Shown here piece after piece: positions 1-10,669 of a DNA stretch of 64,000 nucleotides. The stretch is from an uncultured delta proteobacterium. Its GTDB lineage: Bacteria > Desulfobacterota > RBG-13-43-22. The stretch's first letter is position 1. Every line of letters starts with the position of its first letter. Both the position numbers and the translations under genes were made by a program. Location: contig CAWJJC010000017.1 of assembly GCA_963843145.1 (NCBI GenBank), positions 160,001-224,000 of the forward strand. The letters run 5' to 3'. The notes beneath the pieces are model-generated. The model saw nothing but the letters and a program-made list of their open reading frames with translations. It made no database searches and was not told the origin of the DNA.

Positions 1-2
1 AC

Positions 3-908
3 CTTGACCAAATCCACCCCGTTACGTTCGGCAAACAAAGTCCATTCGTGCATAAAAGCCAGCAGGGTCGCCCGAAAGCTGTTTTCCACGATCTTGCAGG
101 TCTCACTTTCCACCGGCCGATCCAGGACCGTGAGCGGAAATTTCTCCACTTCGATCACCTCGGACAGAAAACGGACCACCCGCTCCCGGGCTTCCGGATT
201 GATCCCGCTGCAGACCCGCCAGAAATTGCGAATGGAGGAAACGTATTGCCGGCCGGGCATGACCCGCTCAAAGCTGTGGGCCAGCAGGGGTTCCTCGCTC
301 AGCCCCCGTTCCTCGAAGGCCTTCTTGAAGAAGGGATAGGCGATATACTCGGTCGTCCCCGGGGGCACGGTGGTTTCAATTAGGACCAAGGCCTGGGGGG
401 GAATCTTCCTCGCCATAATCTTGAAGCTCTCTTCCAGGGCCTGGATCTCGGCGCTGCCGCTTTTGACATTGCCCAGCTCTTCCTTCAGAAAATCGCATTG
501 CACATCCACGACCACCACATCGGCCAGGGTCAGGGCCTCCATGGTGTAGGTGGCCATCAGGGTTTTTTTCTCCAGCACACACCGCCTGATCAGGGGATCC
601 ACTTCCGGGTCTTCCGCTTTTACCGGGCTGACACCGCGGTTCAGGCAGGGGATCTTCCAATAGGAGCGCGGACTCGGCCGCTGCACGCCGATGACGAATT
701 TTCCCGGCGACCCGTCGGCCCGGACGGTGTCGGCCACTACCGCCGCCATTACCGCCCCCACAAATCCCACGCCCATGACGACCACGATCTCCCGCCCCAG
801 GAGGCGTTGCTCCCCGACGATTTCTTTCAGACGCCGGACCTCCACCTCCTCATCCAGTGTCCCGGGCAAAGTAAAACGTTCACCCGTCGGTGCCAGGGAA
901 TATTCCAT
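3..908 (-). CDS. Nucleotide-sugar dehydrogenase (UDP-glucose/GDP-mannose dehydrogenase family), runs off window start
   Basis: Not in the ORF track. Manual translation from ATG at 908 gives MEYSLAPTG...IVVVMGVGFVGAVMA (Rossmann GxGxxG), IETTVPPGTT, AHSFERVMPG and ESETCKIVENSFR. Confidence 0.88.
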   Translation of the reverse strand, partial: MEYSLAPTGERFTLPGTLDEEVEVRRLKEIVGEQRLLGREIVVVMGVGFVGAVMAAVVADTVRADGSPGKFVIGVQRPSPRSYWKIPCLNRGVSPVKAEDPEVDPLIRRCVLEKKTLMATYTMEALTLADVVVVDVQCDFLKEELGNVKSGSAEIQALEESFKIMARKIPPQALVLIETTVPPGTTEYIAYPFFKKAFEERGLSEEPLLAHSFERVMPGRQYVSSIRNFWRVCSGINPEARERVVRFLSEVIEVEKFPLTVLDRPVESETCKIVENSFRATLLAFMHEWTLFAERNGVDLVK

Positions 909-2145
909 CGTTCTCTCCTCCTTCAAAGTATTGATTAACTCTTTCAACCACATATTCCTGCTGATCCCGGGTCAATTCCGGGAAAATGGGCAGGGCCAGA
1001 ACCTCCTGGGCCGCTTTTTCCGCTTCCGGGAAATCCCCGGAACGGTAGCCCAGATAGTGAAAGCAGGGCTGCTGATGAAAAGGCAGCGGGTAATAGATTT
1101 CCGTGCCCACGCCCTGCTGAGCCAAAAAGGATTGAAGTCCGGCGCGATCCTTAACCCGCAGGACATACTGATTATAGATGTGATAGCCCTTTTCCAAACC
1201 CGGCCGACCGCGAAAAACAGCCGGGGGAAGGCGCACCAGACCGCGGGCGGCTAAATCCGTCTGTCCGAAAAGGGTATCATAATACTCGGCGTTTTCCTGC
1301 CGCTTGCGGGTCCAGCGATCCAGATAGTTCAATTTAACCACCAGAATCGCGGCCTGCAGGCTGTCCAACCGAAAATTTCCACCGATCAGGTCGTGCACAT
1401 AACGGGTTTTGGCCCCGTGGACCCGAATCCTTTTCAGCTTATCGGCGAATTCCGGATTATCTGTAACCACCATCCCGGCATCGCCCATCCCGCCCAGATT
1501 TTTGGTAGGATAAAAAGAGTAGCCGACCAGATTATCTCGAAAGCGGTCGCCTGTCTCCGCATCGGGGAAGGTCGCCCCGATGGCCTGGGCCGCGTCCTCC
1601 ACTACCCGCAGACCGTGGGTTTGCGCCAACCGATTAAGCGCCGACATATTCGCGGCCTGGCCGTAGAGGTGGACCGGAAGGATTGCTTTGAGTCGTTCGT
1701 TGGGAGGTCGAGGGTCGGCAAATGGGAACCCATTGCCTGAAGGAAGGGGATAAAGAGCGGATTCCTGGTTGAGAAAACCCAAAAGGGCTTTTTCGGCCTG
1801 GGCCGGATCCAGGTTGAAGGTTGTCGGCTCGATATCGGCCAGCAAGGGGATGGCCCCCAACCGGGCGATGGTTCCGGCCGTGGCAAAAAAAGAAAAAGGG
1901 GTGGTCAAGACCACATCGCCCGGACCGACCCCGAGGGCCATGAGCGAAAGGAGCAGCGCGTCGGTCCCGGAGGATACCCCTACGGCGAAGCGCTTCCGAA
2001 CATAGGCGGCTATACCCTGCTCCAGTTCTTGTACCGGAGGCCCGAGGATGAATTGCCCGGAATCCAATACCCTTGCGATGGACGCCTCGATTTCCGGCCG
2101 CAGGGTCCGGTGTTGTCCGCTGAGATCAAAAAAGGGAACTTTCAC
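880..2145 (-). CDS. DegT/DnrJ/EryC1/StrS family PLP-dependent aminotransferase
   Basis: SSGTDAL, PVHLYGQ, EDAAQA and SFYPTKNLG (PLP lysine) motifs. Confidence 0.95.
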   Translation of the reverse strand: MKVPFFDLSGQHRTLRPEIEASIARVLDSGQFILGPPVQELEQGIAAYVRKRFAVGVSSGTDALLLSLMALGVGPGDVVLTTPFSFFATAGTIARLGAIPLLADIEPTTFNLDPAQAEKALLGFLNQESALYPLPSGNGFPFADPRPPNERLKAILPVHLYGQAANMSALNRLAQTHGLRVVEDAAQAIGATFPDAETGDRFRDNLVGYSFYPTKNLGGMGDAGMVVTDNPEFADKLKRIRVHGAKTRYVHDLIGGNFRLDSLQAAILVVKLNYLDRWTRKRQENAEYYDTLFGQTDLAARGLVRLPPAVFRGRPGLEKGYHIYNQYVLRVKDRAGLQSFLAQQGVGTEIYYPLPFHQQPCFHYLGYRSGDFPEAEKAAQEVLALPIFPELTRDQQEYVVERVNQYFEGGENDGIFPGTDG

Positions 2146-2147
2146 TT

Positions 2148-3179
2148 TTAACCTTTCACCTCTTTCTTGTCACTCTTTTCATAGCCTTGGGGAAACCGCC
2201 GGTGCCATTCCCAGGCTGAATGAATAATATCCCTGAGGGCCGGAAATTGTGGCTCCCACCCCAGGAAACGGCGGGCTCGTTCCGACGAGGCCACCAGGAT
2301 AGCCGGATCGCCGGGCCGCCGCGGTCCCAGCGTATAGGGGATATCCTGGCCCGTTACCTCCGAGGCCTGCCGAATGACCTCCAGGACGGAAAACCCTTGC
2401 CCATTGCCCAGGTTAAAAACGCTTCCGGACTGCTCATCTATTTTTTCCAGGGCCAGGACATGGGCCAGGGACAGATCCTCGATGTGGATATAATCCCGAA
2501 GGCAGCTCCCGTCCGGAGTGGGATAATCGCTGCCGTAAACTATCAAGCCCCCCCCGGGCGTTTCCGTTTTGAGTCCTTTCAGACGAAGCGCCTGATTAAG
2601 GACTAAGGGAATCAGGTGGGTTTCCGGATAGTGGTCTTCCCCGCAGTCCCGTCCGGCCCCGGCCGCATTGAAATAGCGGAAGGCGACATAGCGCAGCCCG
2701 TAGGCCTGGTGATAGGCCTGGAGGATTTGCTCAAACATCAATTTGGAAAACCCATAGGGATTCACCGGGCGGGTTGGCTGGTCTTCTTTAATGGGCAGCT
2801 CGTCGGGTTCGCCGTAAACGGCGGCCGTAGACGAAAAAACCAGCCGCCCTACCCCGCCGGCCCGCATGGCCTTCAGCAGGGCTATCCCTTTGATCAGATT
2901 ATTGTCGAAATACTTCTGGGGATCGACCACCGATTCTCCCACCAGACAAAAGGCCGCCAGATGCATCACGGCCTCGATGGCCTGGGCCCGGAAGATTTCT
3001 TCCAACCGGTCCTGGTCCTGTATATCCCCCTGGATAAAAACCGCCTTTTCAGGAACCGCCGCCCGATGTCCTTCGGAAAGGTTGTCCAGGACTACCACCC
3101 GATGACCCCGCGCCAGCAACGTGCGGGCCACCACGCTGCCGATATAACCGGCCCCTCCGGTTACCAGAACATTACTCAA
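2148..3179 (-). CDS. galE: UDP-glucose 4-epimerase
   Basis: GGAGYIGS, FSSTAAVYG, YGFSK, RYFNAAGA and PTPDGSCLRDYIH. Confidence 0.93.
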   Translation of the reverse strand: MSNVLVTGGAGYIGSVVARTLLARGHRVVVLDNLSEGHRAAVPEKAVFIQGDIQDQDRLEEIFRAQAIEAVMHLAAFCLVGESVVDPQKYFDNNLIKGIALLKAMRAGGVGRLVFSSTAAVYGEPDELPIKEDQPTRPVNPYGFSKLMFEQILQAYHQAYGLRYVAFRYFNAAGAGRDCGEDHYPETHLIPLVLNQALRLKGLKTETPGGGLIVYGSDYPTPDGSCLRDYIHIEDLSLAHVLALEKIDEQSGSVFNLGNGQGFSVLEVIRQASEVTGQDIPYTLGPRRPGDPAILVASSERARRFLGWEPQFPALRDIIHSAWEWHRRFPQGYEKSDKKEVKG

Positions 3180-3319
3180 GGTTGAAACCTCCTCTTAGTA
3201 CGAAAATAAATCGGATGACGTCCATCATTCGCAATTAACATTTAAAAATTGATTATTGATAATTTATGGTTTCATTTTTGTTTTTATCCTCTCCTCATCC
3301 CTCCAACCTGCAACCCCAC

Positions 3320-4024
3320 TTATCCCCGTTTCACGGCATATTTGATGATACACCACAGGGCCCGAACCCCGTCTTTCCAGTTGATTTTTTTGCCCTCGGA
3401 ATAGGTGCGTCCGGTATAGGAAATCCCCACCTCATAAATCCGGCATCCGGTTCGAGCTACTTTGGCCGTGATCTCGGGTTCGAATCCAAATCGTTTTTCC
3501 GTCAGGGTAATCGATTTTAAAACTTCCGCTTTAAATACCTTGTAGCAGGTTTCCATATCCGTCAGGTTCAGATTGGTAAACATGTTGGACAACAGGGTCA
3601 ACAGCCTATTGCCCAGATAATGCCAGAAATAGAGGACCCGATGGGCCTGTCCGCCCATAAAACGGGAGCCGTAAACCACATCCGCCTTCCCCTCGATAAT
3701 CGGTTTAAGCAGCTTGGGATATTCTTGCGGGTCGTATTCCAGATCCGCGTCCTGAATCAGAATAAAGTTTCCCCGGGCCTCCCGAAACCCCGATTGGAGG
3801 GCGGCCCCTTTCCCCTGATTGACACTGTGCCGGATCAGTCGGATAACCCCCCGATCTGCCAAGGACTGGGCGACCTCCAGGGTCCCGTCCCGGGAACAGT
3901 CATCCACCACCACGATTTCTTTATCCAACTCCCAGGAGGACAAATCCACCCGTTGGACCCTCTCGACCAAATCGGCCAAGGTTTCCTTCTCGTTATAGGC
4001 TGGAATAATAATGGAAAGCAGCAT
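3320..4024 (-). CDS. Glycosyltransferase family 2 (DPM1-like)
   Basis: [32 protein letters not shown] and DMETCYK. Confidence 0.93.
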   Translation of the reverse strand: MLLSIIIPAYNEKETLADLVERVQRVDLSSWELDKEIVVVDDCSRDGTLEVAQSLADRGVIRLIRHSVNQGKGAALQSGFREARGNFILIQDADLEYDPQEYPKLLKPIIEGKADVVYGSRFMGGQAHRVLYFWHYLGNRLLTLLSNMFTNLNLTDMETCYKVFKAEVLKSITLTEKRFGFEPEITAKVARTGCRIYEVGISYTGRTYSEGKKINWKDGVRALWCIIKYAVKRG

Positions 4025-4194
4025 GGCTCAAGGCCCTTTGTGGTTCGAGCTCGCTTTATGGACGGCAACCGTCTGCAGGCTATAGGGCAACCCCCGAAAA
4101 ATGCTCCTCAATATATAAGGTATTGTTCTGCTTGTCAAAAAAAATAGGTAGCGCTGGTGATTAAAGAGGGGCCTTCGCCACGATAAGGCCCGCT

Positions 4195-5478
4195 TTATCG
4201 GGAGGGGACGACCAAGATCTTATCCACTCGCTTTCCGTCCATATCCATCACCTCAAAGCGCATTCCCTGCCATTCAAAATGATCGGCCGGTTCCGGAACC
4301 CGACCCAATTGGGTCATCATAAACCCGCCCAGCGTCTGATAGATCCCCGCCTCTTCGTCGGGCATTTTTTTCAACTGAAAGAGGTCCTTGAATTCGTCCA
4401 CCGGCATCATACCGTCCACCAGCCAGGAGCCGTCTTCCCGTTGTCTGGCGCCCGGTTCCGCAGGCTGCCCCGTAGCGGGTATATCGCCAACGATGGCCTC
4501 GAGGATATCATTCAAGGTAACCAGTCCTTGAATCCCCCCGTATTCATCCACTACCAGGGCGAGATGTGGGCGGGATTTCTTAAAATTTTCTAATAGTTGT
4601 AGGGCGGGCAGGTCTTCCGGAACAAAAAGAGGCGGTTTCATCACCGCCTTCAAGTCCAGCTTTCGGTCGGACTGGCAATAGGCCAAGGCATCTTTCGCCC
4701 GGGTGATACCCAAAACATTGTCCAGGCTGCCCTGGCCCACCGGAAAACGGGAAAAAGGGCTCTCCATGATTTTATGATGATTGAACTCCTCGCCGTCGTC
4801 CAGGTCCAGCCAGACCATATCTCGCCTGGGGGTCATTAAGATACTCACCTCCCGATCCGCCAGACGAAAAATGCTTTTAACGAGTTCTTGTTCCGTTTCG
4901 ACAAAAACTCCGGCCTGGGTACCCTGTTCAATCAGCAACTTGATTTCTTCTTCGGTCACCGGCGGTTCCTTGGATTTCCGGACCCCCAGGATCTTCATCA
5001 CCAGGTCGGATGACAGGCTGAGTCCACGCACGGCCGGCAGTCCGATGAGAGCGATAATTCGAAATAGGGAAGCCGTAGCCAGGGCAATGCGTTCCGGATA
5101 GATCAGGGCCAGCCGCTTGGGAACGATTTCCCCCAAAACGACGGAAAAAAAGGTGATGGTCAGGACCACCAAGCCTAGGGCGACCGCGTGTTGATAGGGA
5201 TGGATCCAGGGGATTTCTTTCAGATAGACCGCCAGCCTGCCGGCAAAAGTAGCCCCCCCAAAAGCGCCGACCAGGATGCCGATCAAGGTGATGCCGATCT
5301 GGACAGTCGCCAAAAAGTGTTCCGGGTTTTGGGCCAGCTCCAAGGCCGCCGCGGCCTTCCGGTCCCCTTCCCGGGCCATCTGCTGCAGGCGAATCTTCCG
5401 GGAGGAGACCACGGCCAACTCCGTCATGACGAAAAACCCGTTCAAAAGTATCAATACCAGGATGATTACCGCTTCCAT
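4195..5478 (-). CDS. Hemolysin family HlyC/CorC transporter (DUF21 + CBS pair + CorC_HlyC)
   Basis: N-terminal TM helices, GEIVPK, MTPR, VVDEYGG and TLGG motifs. Confidence 0.92.
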   Translation of the reverse strand: MEAVIILVLILLNGFFVMTELAVVSSRKIRLQQMAREGDRKAAAALELAQNPEHFLATVQIGITLIGILVGAFGGATFAGRLAVYLKEIPWIHPYQHAVALGLVVLTITFFSVVLGEIVPKRLALIYPERIALATASLFRIIALIGLPAVRGLSLSSDLVMKILGVRKSKEPPVTEEEIKLLIEQGTQAGVFVETEQELVKSIFRLADREVSILMTPRRDMVWLDLDDGEEFNHHKIMESPFSRFPVGQGSLDNVLGITRAKDALAYCQSDRKLDLKAVMKPPLFVPEDLPALQLLENFKKSRPHLALVVDEYGGIQGLVTLNDILEAIVGDIPATGQPAEPGARQREDGSWLVDGMMPVDEFKDLFQLKKMPDEEAGIYQTLGGFMMTQLGRVPEPADHFEWQGMRFEVMDMDGKRVDKILVVPSR

Positions 5479-5575
5479 GTCAATGCCTTTCCAAAAAAAA
5501 CCTCCGGAGATTCGGTCTTGGCTGAAAACAATTTGTAAACACGTCGATCACGGCTCTCTGTCAAAAGTCTTATTA

Positions 5576-5724
5576 GATGGACTTGCAAAAAGTCCATCAG
5601 CAGCCCGAGCGCGATTAAGCGCCGGGCTGGGGTGGAACCATTTGAATTCACTTCAAATGGCGGGGGAGGGGAAGCCCTTCCCCGCCGAGCAGAAAGTCGT
5701 ATTTGGACTTTTTGCGAGGTCATC
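5576..5724. mobile_element. MITE-like element, family A copy 1
   Basis: TIRs GATGGACTTGCAAAAAGTC / GACTTTTTGCGAGGTCATC, TTATTA on both flanks, internal hairpins; close copy at 52577-52731. Confidence 0.75.
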
Positions 5725-5756
5725 TTATTAGAAGCTTGTTGCCAATACCCCCCCCA

Positions 5757-6785
5757 TTACTCCTTATCCCGCCTTTGGAGCCAACGCCGTCCTTTGTCGG
5801 TCAGCCGATATTTCTGCAGGCGGCTGTTGGGTTTCTCGGGGAGCGTCATTTCAATCAAGCCCTCCGTTAATGCAGACAGCAGATAGCGCGCCCGGAATGA
5901 TTTGCGGTCCTGCAAGCCGAGCGTGCTTTGGAGCTCCTCGCGGGACATCTCCCCAACGAGGGTTTGAAGGAGCTGTCCGACTTGGGGGGTGACTTGGGGT
6001 GCGACTTGGGGGGTAGCTGCAGAGAAAACCGCCTCGAAAATCATCCTGAGCATAAACTCGATAAAGGGTGCGGAGTTCGTTTGATCGGTGCTGCTTTGCA
6101 GGGACTGGTAGTACTCCGCCTGGTGTTCGTAGACCAGACTTTCGACCGGGATATGCGCAAACAAGGGATTCCAGCGAAACAAAATCAATGATTGCCACAG
6201 TCTCCCCAAGCGGCCGTTGCCGTCAGCGAAAGGGTGGATGAACTCGAACTCGTAGTGAAAAACCGAGCTGGCGACCAGCGGATGTTGATCGGTAGTTCGC
6301 AGCCAGTGTAGCAGGTCTTGCATCAGGGAGCGGACGCGATCCGCAGGCGGCGCCATATGGATGACCTGTCCGCCGGCCATGACACCCACGCCTCCACGGC
6401 GGTAGGCCCCGGCCTCTTCCAGCAGGCTGGACATGAAGATACGATGGGCTTCCAGCAGGTCTCCTTCAACCTGGGGCTGCCATTGTTCGAAACGGTCATA
6501 GGCGGCCAGGGCATTGCGCGCTTCCTGGATTTCCCGTGGCGGGGCGATAACCCGCTTCCCTTCCAGAACCGCGGTGATCTGCCCCTCGCTCAGGGTGTTG
6601 CCTTCAATGGCCAGCGAGCCCTGAATGGTGCGAATGCGATTGATACGCCTCAGCCGCAGCGCTTTGGCTGGCTCGACCTGAGCCGTCAGGCGCCCGATGG
6701 CTTCGGCGATCTCCGCTGCCAGGCGGAGGATGGCCGGGGTCAAGGTGAAGGGCGGTTGGTAGGAGTCCCTTTTTTTCAAGCCCAT
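5757..6785 (-). CDS. Fic family protein with C-terminal wHTH
   Basis: HPFADGNGRLGR Fic motif, SLAIEGN inhibitory motif, C-terminal PNSRLQKYRLT; start chosen at MGLKKRD. Confidence 0.92.
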   Translation of the reverse strand: MGLKKRDSYQPPFTLTPAILRLAAEIAEAIGRLTAQVEPAKALRLRRINRIRTIQGSLAIEGNTLSEGQITAVLEGKRVIAPPREIQEARNALAAYDRFEQWQPQVEGDLLEAHRIFMSSLLEEAGAYRRGGVGVMAGGQVIHMAPPADRVRSLMQDLLHWLRTTDQHPLVASSVFHYEFEFIHPFADGNGRLGRLWQSLILFRWNPLFAHIPVESLVYEHQAEYYQSLQSSTDQTNSAPFIEFMLRMIFEAVFSAATPQVAPQVTPQVGQLLQTLVGEMSREELQSTLGLQDRKSFRARYLLSALTEGLIEMTLPEKPNSRLQKYRLTDKGRRWLQRRDKE

Positions 6786-6867
6786 GTCCTTCTTGCCCTC
6801 TCGATTGGTGTAATCGCAGCGGTCATGCGGTTGGTTATGGAGAATTGCGGGCTTGAAAACGACCATA

Positions 6868-7635
6868 TCAGAATTCCTCCCGCCCAACCTGAATGGGATG
6901 CACCCAGGCCGGTATTCGCTTCCAGGCTTCTCGCATCTGGCCGTGGAAGGCATCTGTTTTTGGCTCGAACTGCCTCAGATGGGCCCAGAAACGGCTGCTG
7001 TGATTATGTTCGAGCGTGTGACAGAGTTCGTGAATCAAAACGTATCGAACCAGATCTGCGGAGAGAAAAAGCAGCTTGCAGTTGAGGCTGATAACCCTAT
7101 TCACGGAGCAGCTACCCCACCGTGTGCGCTGGCTCTTGATGGTCAAACGGTTGAACCTCAAGCCGGTTTCGGCCGAGAGAGATTCCAGCCAGTAGCCCAG
7201 GGTTTCCTTGGCGTGGCGCGCCAACCAGCGGCGCAGCGCGGCTTTGCTCCGTTCGCTGTCACCCACTGCGCCATAGACCAATAAACGCCCCGGTCGGTCA
7301 GTTTTTGCGCCAATGATCCTGGCTTTAGTCTCCCGATATTCAATCCGCCAGGATTCCGCCAAAGCGGGCAAATCAAAGGCCTCTGGGCAGGCTGTTGAGG
7401 TTTCGCCGAGCAAATGGCGAACCTCGTCGAACTGTTTAAGGCGCGCCGCAATCCAATCGCGTTTTCCAGCGACCAACTCGACCACCTTCCGTTCATTCAG
7501 TCCCTTCGGGGCAATGACGGTCAGACCGTCTCGAACGGTCATTTTCAGGCGGAGGCTTCTGGCCTTGGCGGACGATCGGATTTCGTAGTCTAATTGCCGT
7601 CCATCAGGCAGGTCGATACGAGCCGTACGTATCAT
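6868..7635 (-). CDS. M48/YgjP-like (SprT-like) zinc metallopeptidase domain protein, type I R-M associated
   Basis: RWGSCS and YVLIHELCH...NHS motifs; overlaps the hsdR stop codon. Confidence 0.9.
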   Translation of the reverse strand: MIRTARIDLPDGRQLDYEIRSSAKARSLRLKMTVRDGLTVIAPKGLNERKVVELVAGKRDWIAARLKQFDEVRHLLGETSTACPEAFDLPALAESWRIEYRETKARIIGAKTDRPGRLLVYGAVGDSERSKAALRRWLARHAKETLGYWLESLSAETGLRFNRLTIKSQRTRWGSCSVNRVISLNCKLLFLSADLVRYVLIHELCHTLEHNHSSRFWAHLRQFEPKTDAFHGQMREAWKRIPAWVHPIQVGREEF

Positions 7636-10600
7636 TCGGAATCCCTTGTACCGGGCTTGAAGTGTTTGCGTTTGAGGACCTGTACCAATTCGCCGATGAA
7701 AGTCATGGCATCCTCGCCCAGGAGGCCTGACGACGCGAACCGTTGGACGATCAGCAAGAGCAAGGCGCTGGAGAGTTCAGGATCCACCGCACTGCTGTTC
7801 CACCATCCCGGGAAACAGTGTTTGTCCGCCTCCGCCAGTATGGCCGCGGCTACTTCGGCGGCTTGTTCCTCGTTTAAGGCTGGATTTCGCGTTTTAATCT
7901 TCAGGGCCAATTGCTGGCCGATGGGGCGTTTGGATTCCTCCAGCGCCGCGCGCACCGCTTCGGTCATAGCTTCCAGTTCTTCGATTAAGGCAATGCCCGC
8001 CAGGGTCCCGGCCCGCTTTTCATCGATGATGCGTTGCAGTTTTTCGGAAAGTGGCTGGAAGGCCTCGTCCTGTTCCAGATGGATGCGCAATTCGGCGGTC
8101 AGCATCGCCTCGATATCCAAGCGCCTTGGCATCCGGTTTCTTATCTTTCAATTTGGTGAGGAAATGCTCGTCCAGGACATAGGTGGGAAATTCCTTTTCC
8201 AGTTCCTCCACATCGATATGCTCCCGGATCAACTCCCGGGTGCGCGCCGCATCTTCCTCGGTCGTCTCCAGAGCCATTTCCGGATAGAATTTCTTACGGT
8301 AGAGCATATAGAACTTGGTCAGCCAGGCATAGGGACGTATGTAATCACTTAATTGCTCGTCGGGTTGGAGGGCCTCATAGAGCACCCGCAGGTTACGGTA
8401 GCCTGTATCGAACAGTTTTTCTGCGCCTTCCTCATCCCGCAGGATTTTCATGGCGGTCACGAATGTCCCATGGGAGCCGTCACGCGGCACCGTTTCCTCG
8501 GGGAAGAGTGACCACAAGGTCTCGAACTGCTTACGGAAATGCTCTCGAATCCGTTCGAAGGGGAAGGCGATATCGCCAAGCTCCTCGGGCCTGTAATTCA
8601 ATGCCTCGTTCAGGTGGTCAAAGATGCCATAGTAGTCGATGATCAGACCGTGCCCCTTCAGCTCGTTATAGGGTCGGTTCACGCGAGCGATGGTCTGCAG
8701 TAATGTGTGGTCCCGTAAGCTCTTATCCAAGTAGAGGGTTTGCAAAATAGGCGCATCGAAGCCGGTAAGCAGCATGTCGCACACCACCAGCAACTGCACC
8801 TTACGAAAAGGTTTGTCCTGATGCTCCAGGCGGTCCGAACCGGCCGGGATCAAGAATTCGTTGAGTAGTTTCTTGCGGTTGGCCTCACCGAGATAAAGCC
8901 TCTGGATATCCTTCGGATCATTTTGCGGCGCCTCGGAGATGACCGCCATCACCATTTCATCCCCCAGCCGTTCTCGTAACGCCTCCGTGTACCGTTTTAC
9001 CTTTTCCTTATCTTTACAGACCAACATGGCCTTAAAGCCGTTGGGAATCACATGTTCTTTGAAGTGCTTCACCAGGTCATCGGCGATCTGATCGATGCGT
9101 TTCGGCAACTCTAGCAGAACATCCAAGGTGGATGACTCATTCACCAGTCTGTTCTGTTCCGGGATTGGAAGATGGCCGAATTCCCTCTTGAAAGCGGCAT
9201 CGAGCTTGGCCCCATAAAGCTGCCAGTCGGTTTGGCGTGCCTGCCAGTGAATCGGCTTCACTACCCCGTCACGCAAGGCGTCGGTGACGGTATAGGGACG
9301 ACCCAGGTAACGCTCAATGGTGCCGTCATCCTTGATCTGGCCCCAGGCCACCGGAGTGTTGTGGTCGTCCTTCTCAATGGGCGTACCGGTGAAACCGAAT
9401 AAAGAGGCCCCTTGCACCGCCGCGCGCATGTAGGTGCCCAACTCCCTTTCTTGCGTGCGATGGGCCTCGTCGGCCATGACGATGACGTTGGGGCGCTGTC
9501 TGGTGATATGTCGCGGCATCCCCTCGAACAGGTGTACCGTAGTGAGTACCACGCCGCGGTAATCCCCCGACAGTTTGGCCTCCAGGTCGCGCTTGCTGGC
9601 TGCCACGTGCACGTTCTCGGTCCCGGTGGCCATCAGCTCGCGATCCATCTGGTCGCCGAGTTGTTCTCGGTCTACCAGCAGAATGACCGTCGGTTGGTTC
9701 AGTTTCGGGTCTTCCCAGAGGCTGCGGGCGGCATAGATCATGGTCAGGGTCTTGCCCGAACCCTGGGTGTGCCAGATGAGTCCGCGGCGTTTTTCCGGCG
9801 GCAGAGCGAGATCGGTGGCGCGGTTGAGGATGTCCTTCACCGCCATATACTGCTGATAGCGCACCACTATCTTTTCCGTCTTCCCGTCCCTGGTCAGGAA
9901 GACAATGAAGTGGCGGATGAAGTCCAGCATGTTGGCCCGGTCGAACAGCCCGTAGAGCGAGACCTTCATCTCGTCGAATTCGTCGATGGCGTGGGGCCAG
10001 GGATCGCGCCATTGCAGCCAGAACTGCAGGCGCCGACCCGGCACGCCGTACATCATCCGGGTTTCGTTTACCCCCACCCCATAGGCGTTGGTGTAAAAGA
10101 GCTGGTCGATCTCCTCGGCGTACATGCCAAGCTGTTTGGCCCCTTCGCGCCAGTCGGGTTTATTGCGGCTGGCGGTCTTGGCCTCGATTACCACCACCGG
10201 AATACCATTGATCAGCAGCACGATGTCCGGCCGGCGGGGCGAGTTGCCCTCCACCGGAAACTGGTTGGTTACCCACCACTCGTTGGCATCCGGATCGTCG
10301 AAGTCGATGAGCCGCACATCCTTGGATTTCTCGGAAGGGTCGAACTGGTAATTGACGCCGTTCTGCAGCCAGGCCAGCCACTGCTGATTGTCGCGGCAGG
10401 CCCGCAGTTTGGTGATGATGGCGTCTATCCGCGATTCGTCGGTAAGGATGGCGGGGTTCAGTTGCTTAAGCTTTTCCCGCAACAGCGGCAGCAACAACAC
10501 CTCCCGCTCGTCCGGCCGTAGCTTTGTCACCTGTTCCCGGGAGCGGTAGGTCCAGCCTAGTGCCTTGGTTTGCAGATGCTCAATGATTTCCCGCTCGACG

Positions 10601-10669
10601 GTGGTCTCTTCGTTGAACAGGTGGGTAACGACTGGTAGGCGCGGCGAGGCTGTCGTTCATTTCATCCAT
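7632..10669 (-). CDS. hsdR: Type I restriction enzyme R subunit (frameshifts near 10630 and 8120)
   Basis: PDIVLLINGIPVVVIEAK nuclease motif, HTQGSGKT Walker A, DEAHR, FTGTP, LTGFDAP and QTIARVNR. ORFs 8020-10530 and 7632-8132 join with one extra base; the N-terminus lies in another frame. Confidence 0.9.

Noticed and set aside
5466-5723. Similar small ORFs at 5466-5723 and 52533-52733
   Set aside because: They are translations of the family A repeat, with no evidence of coding function.
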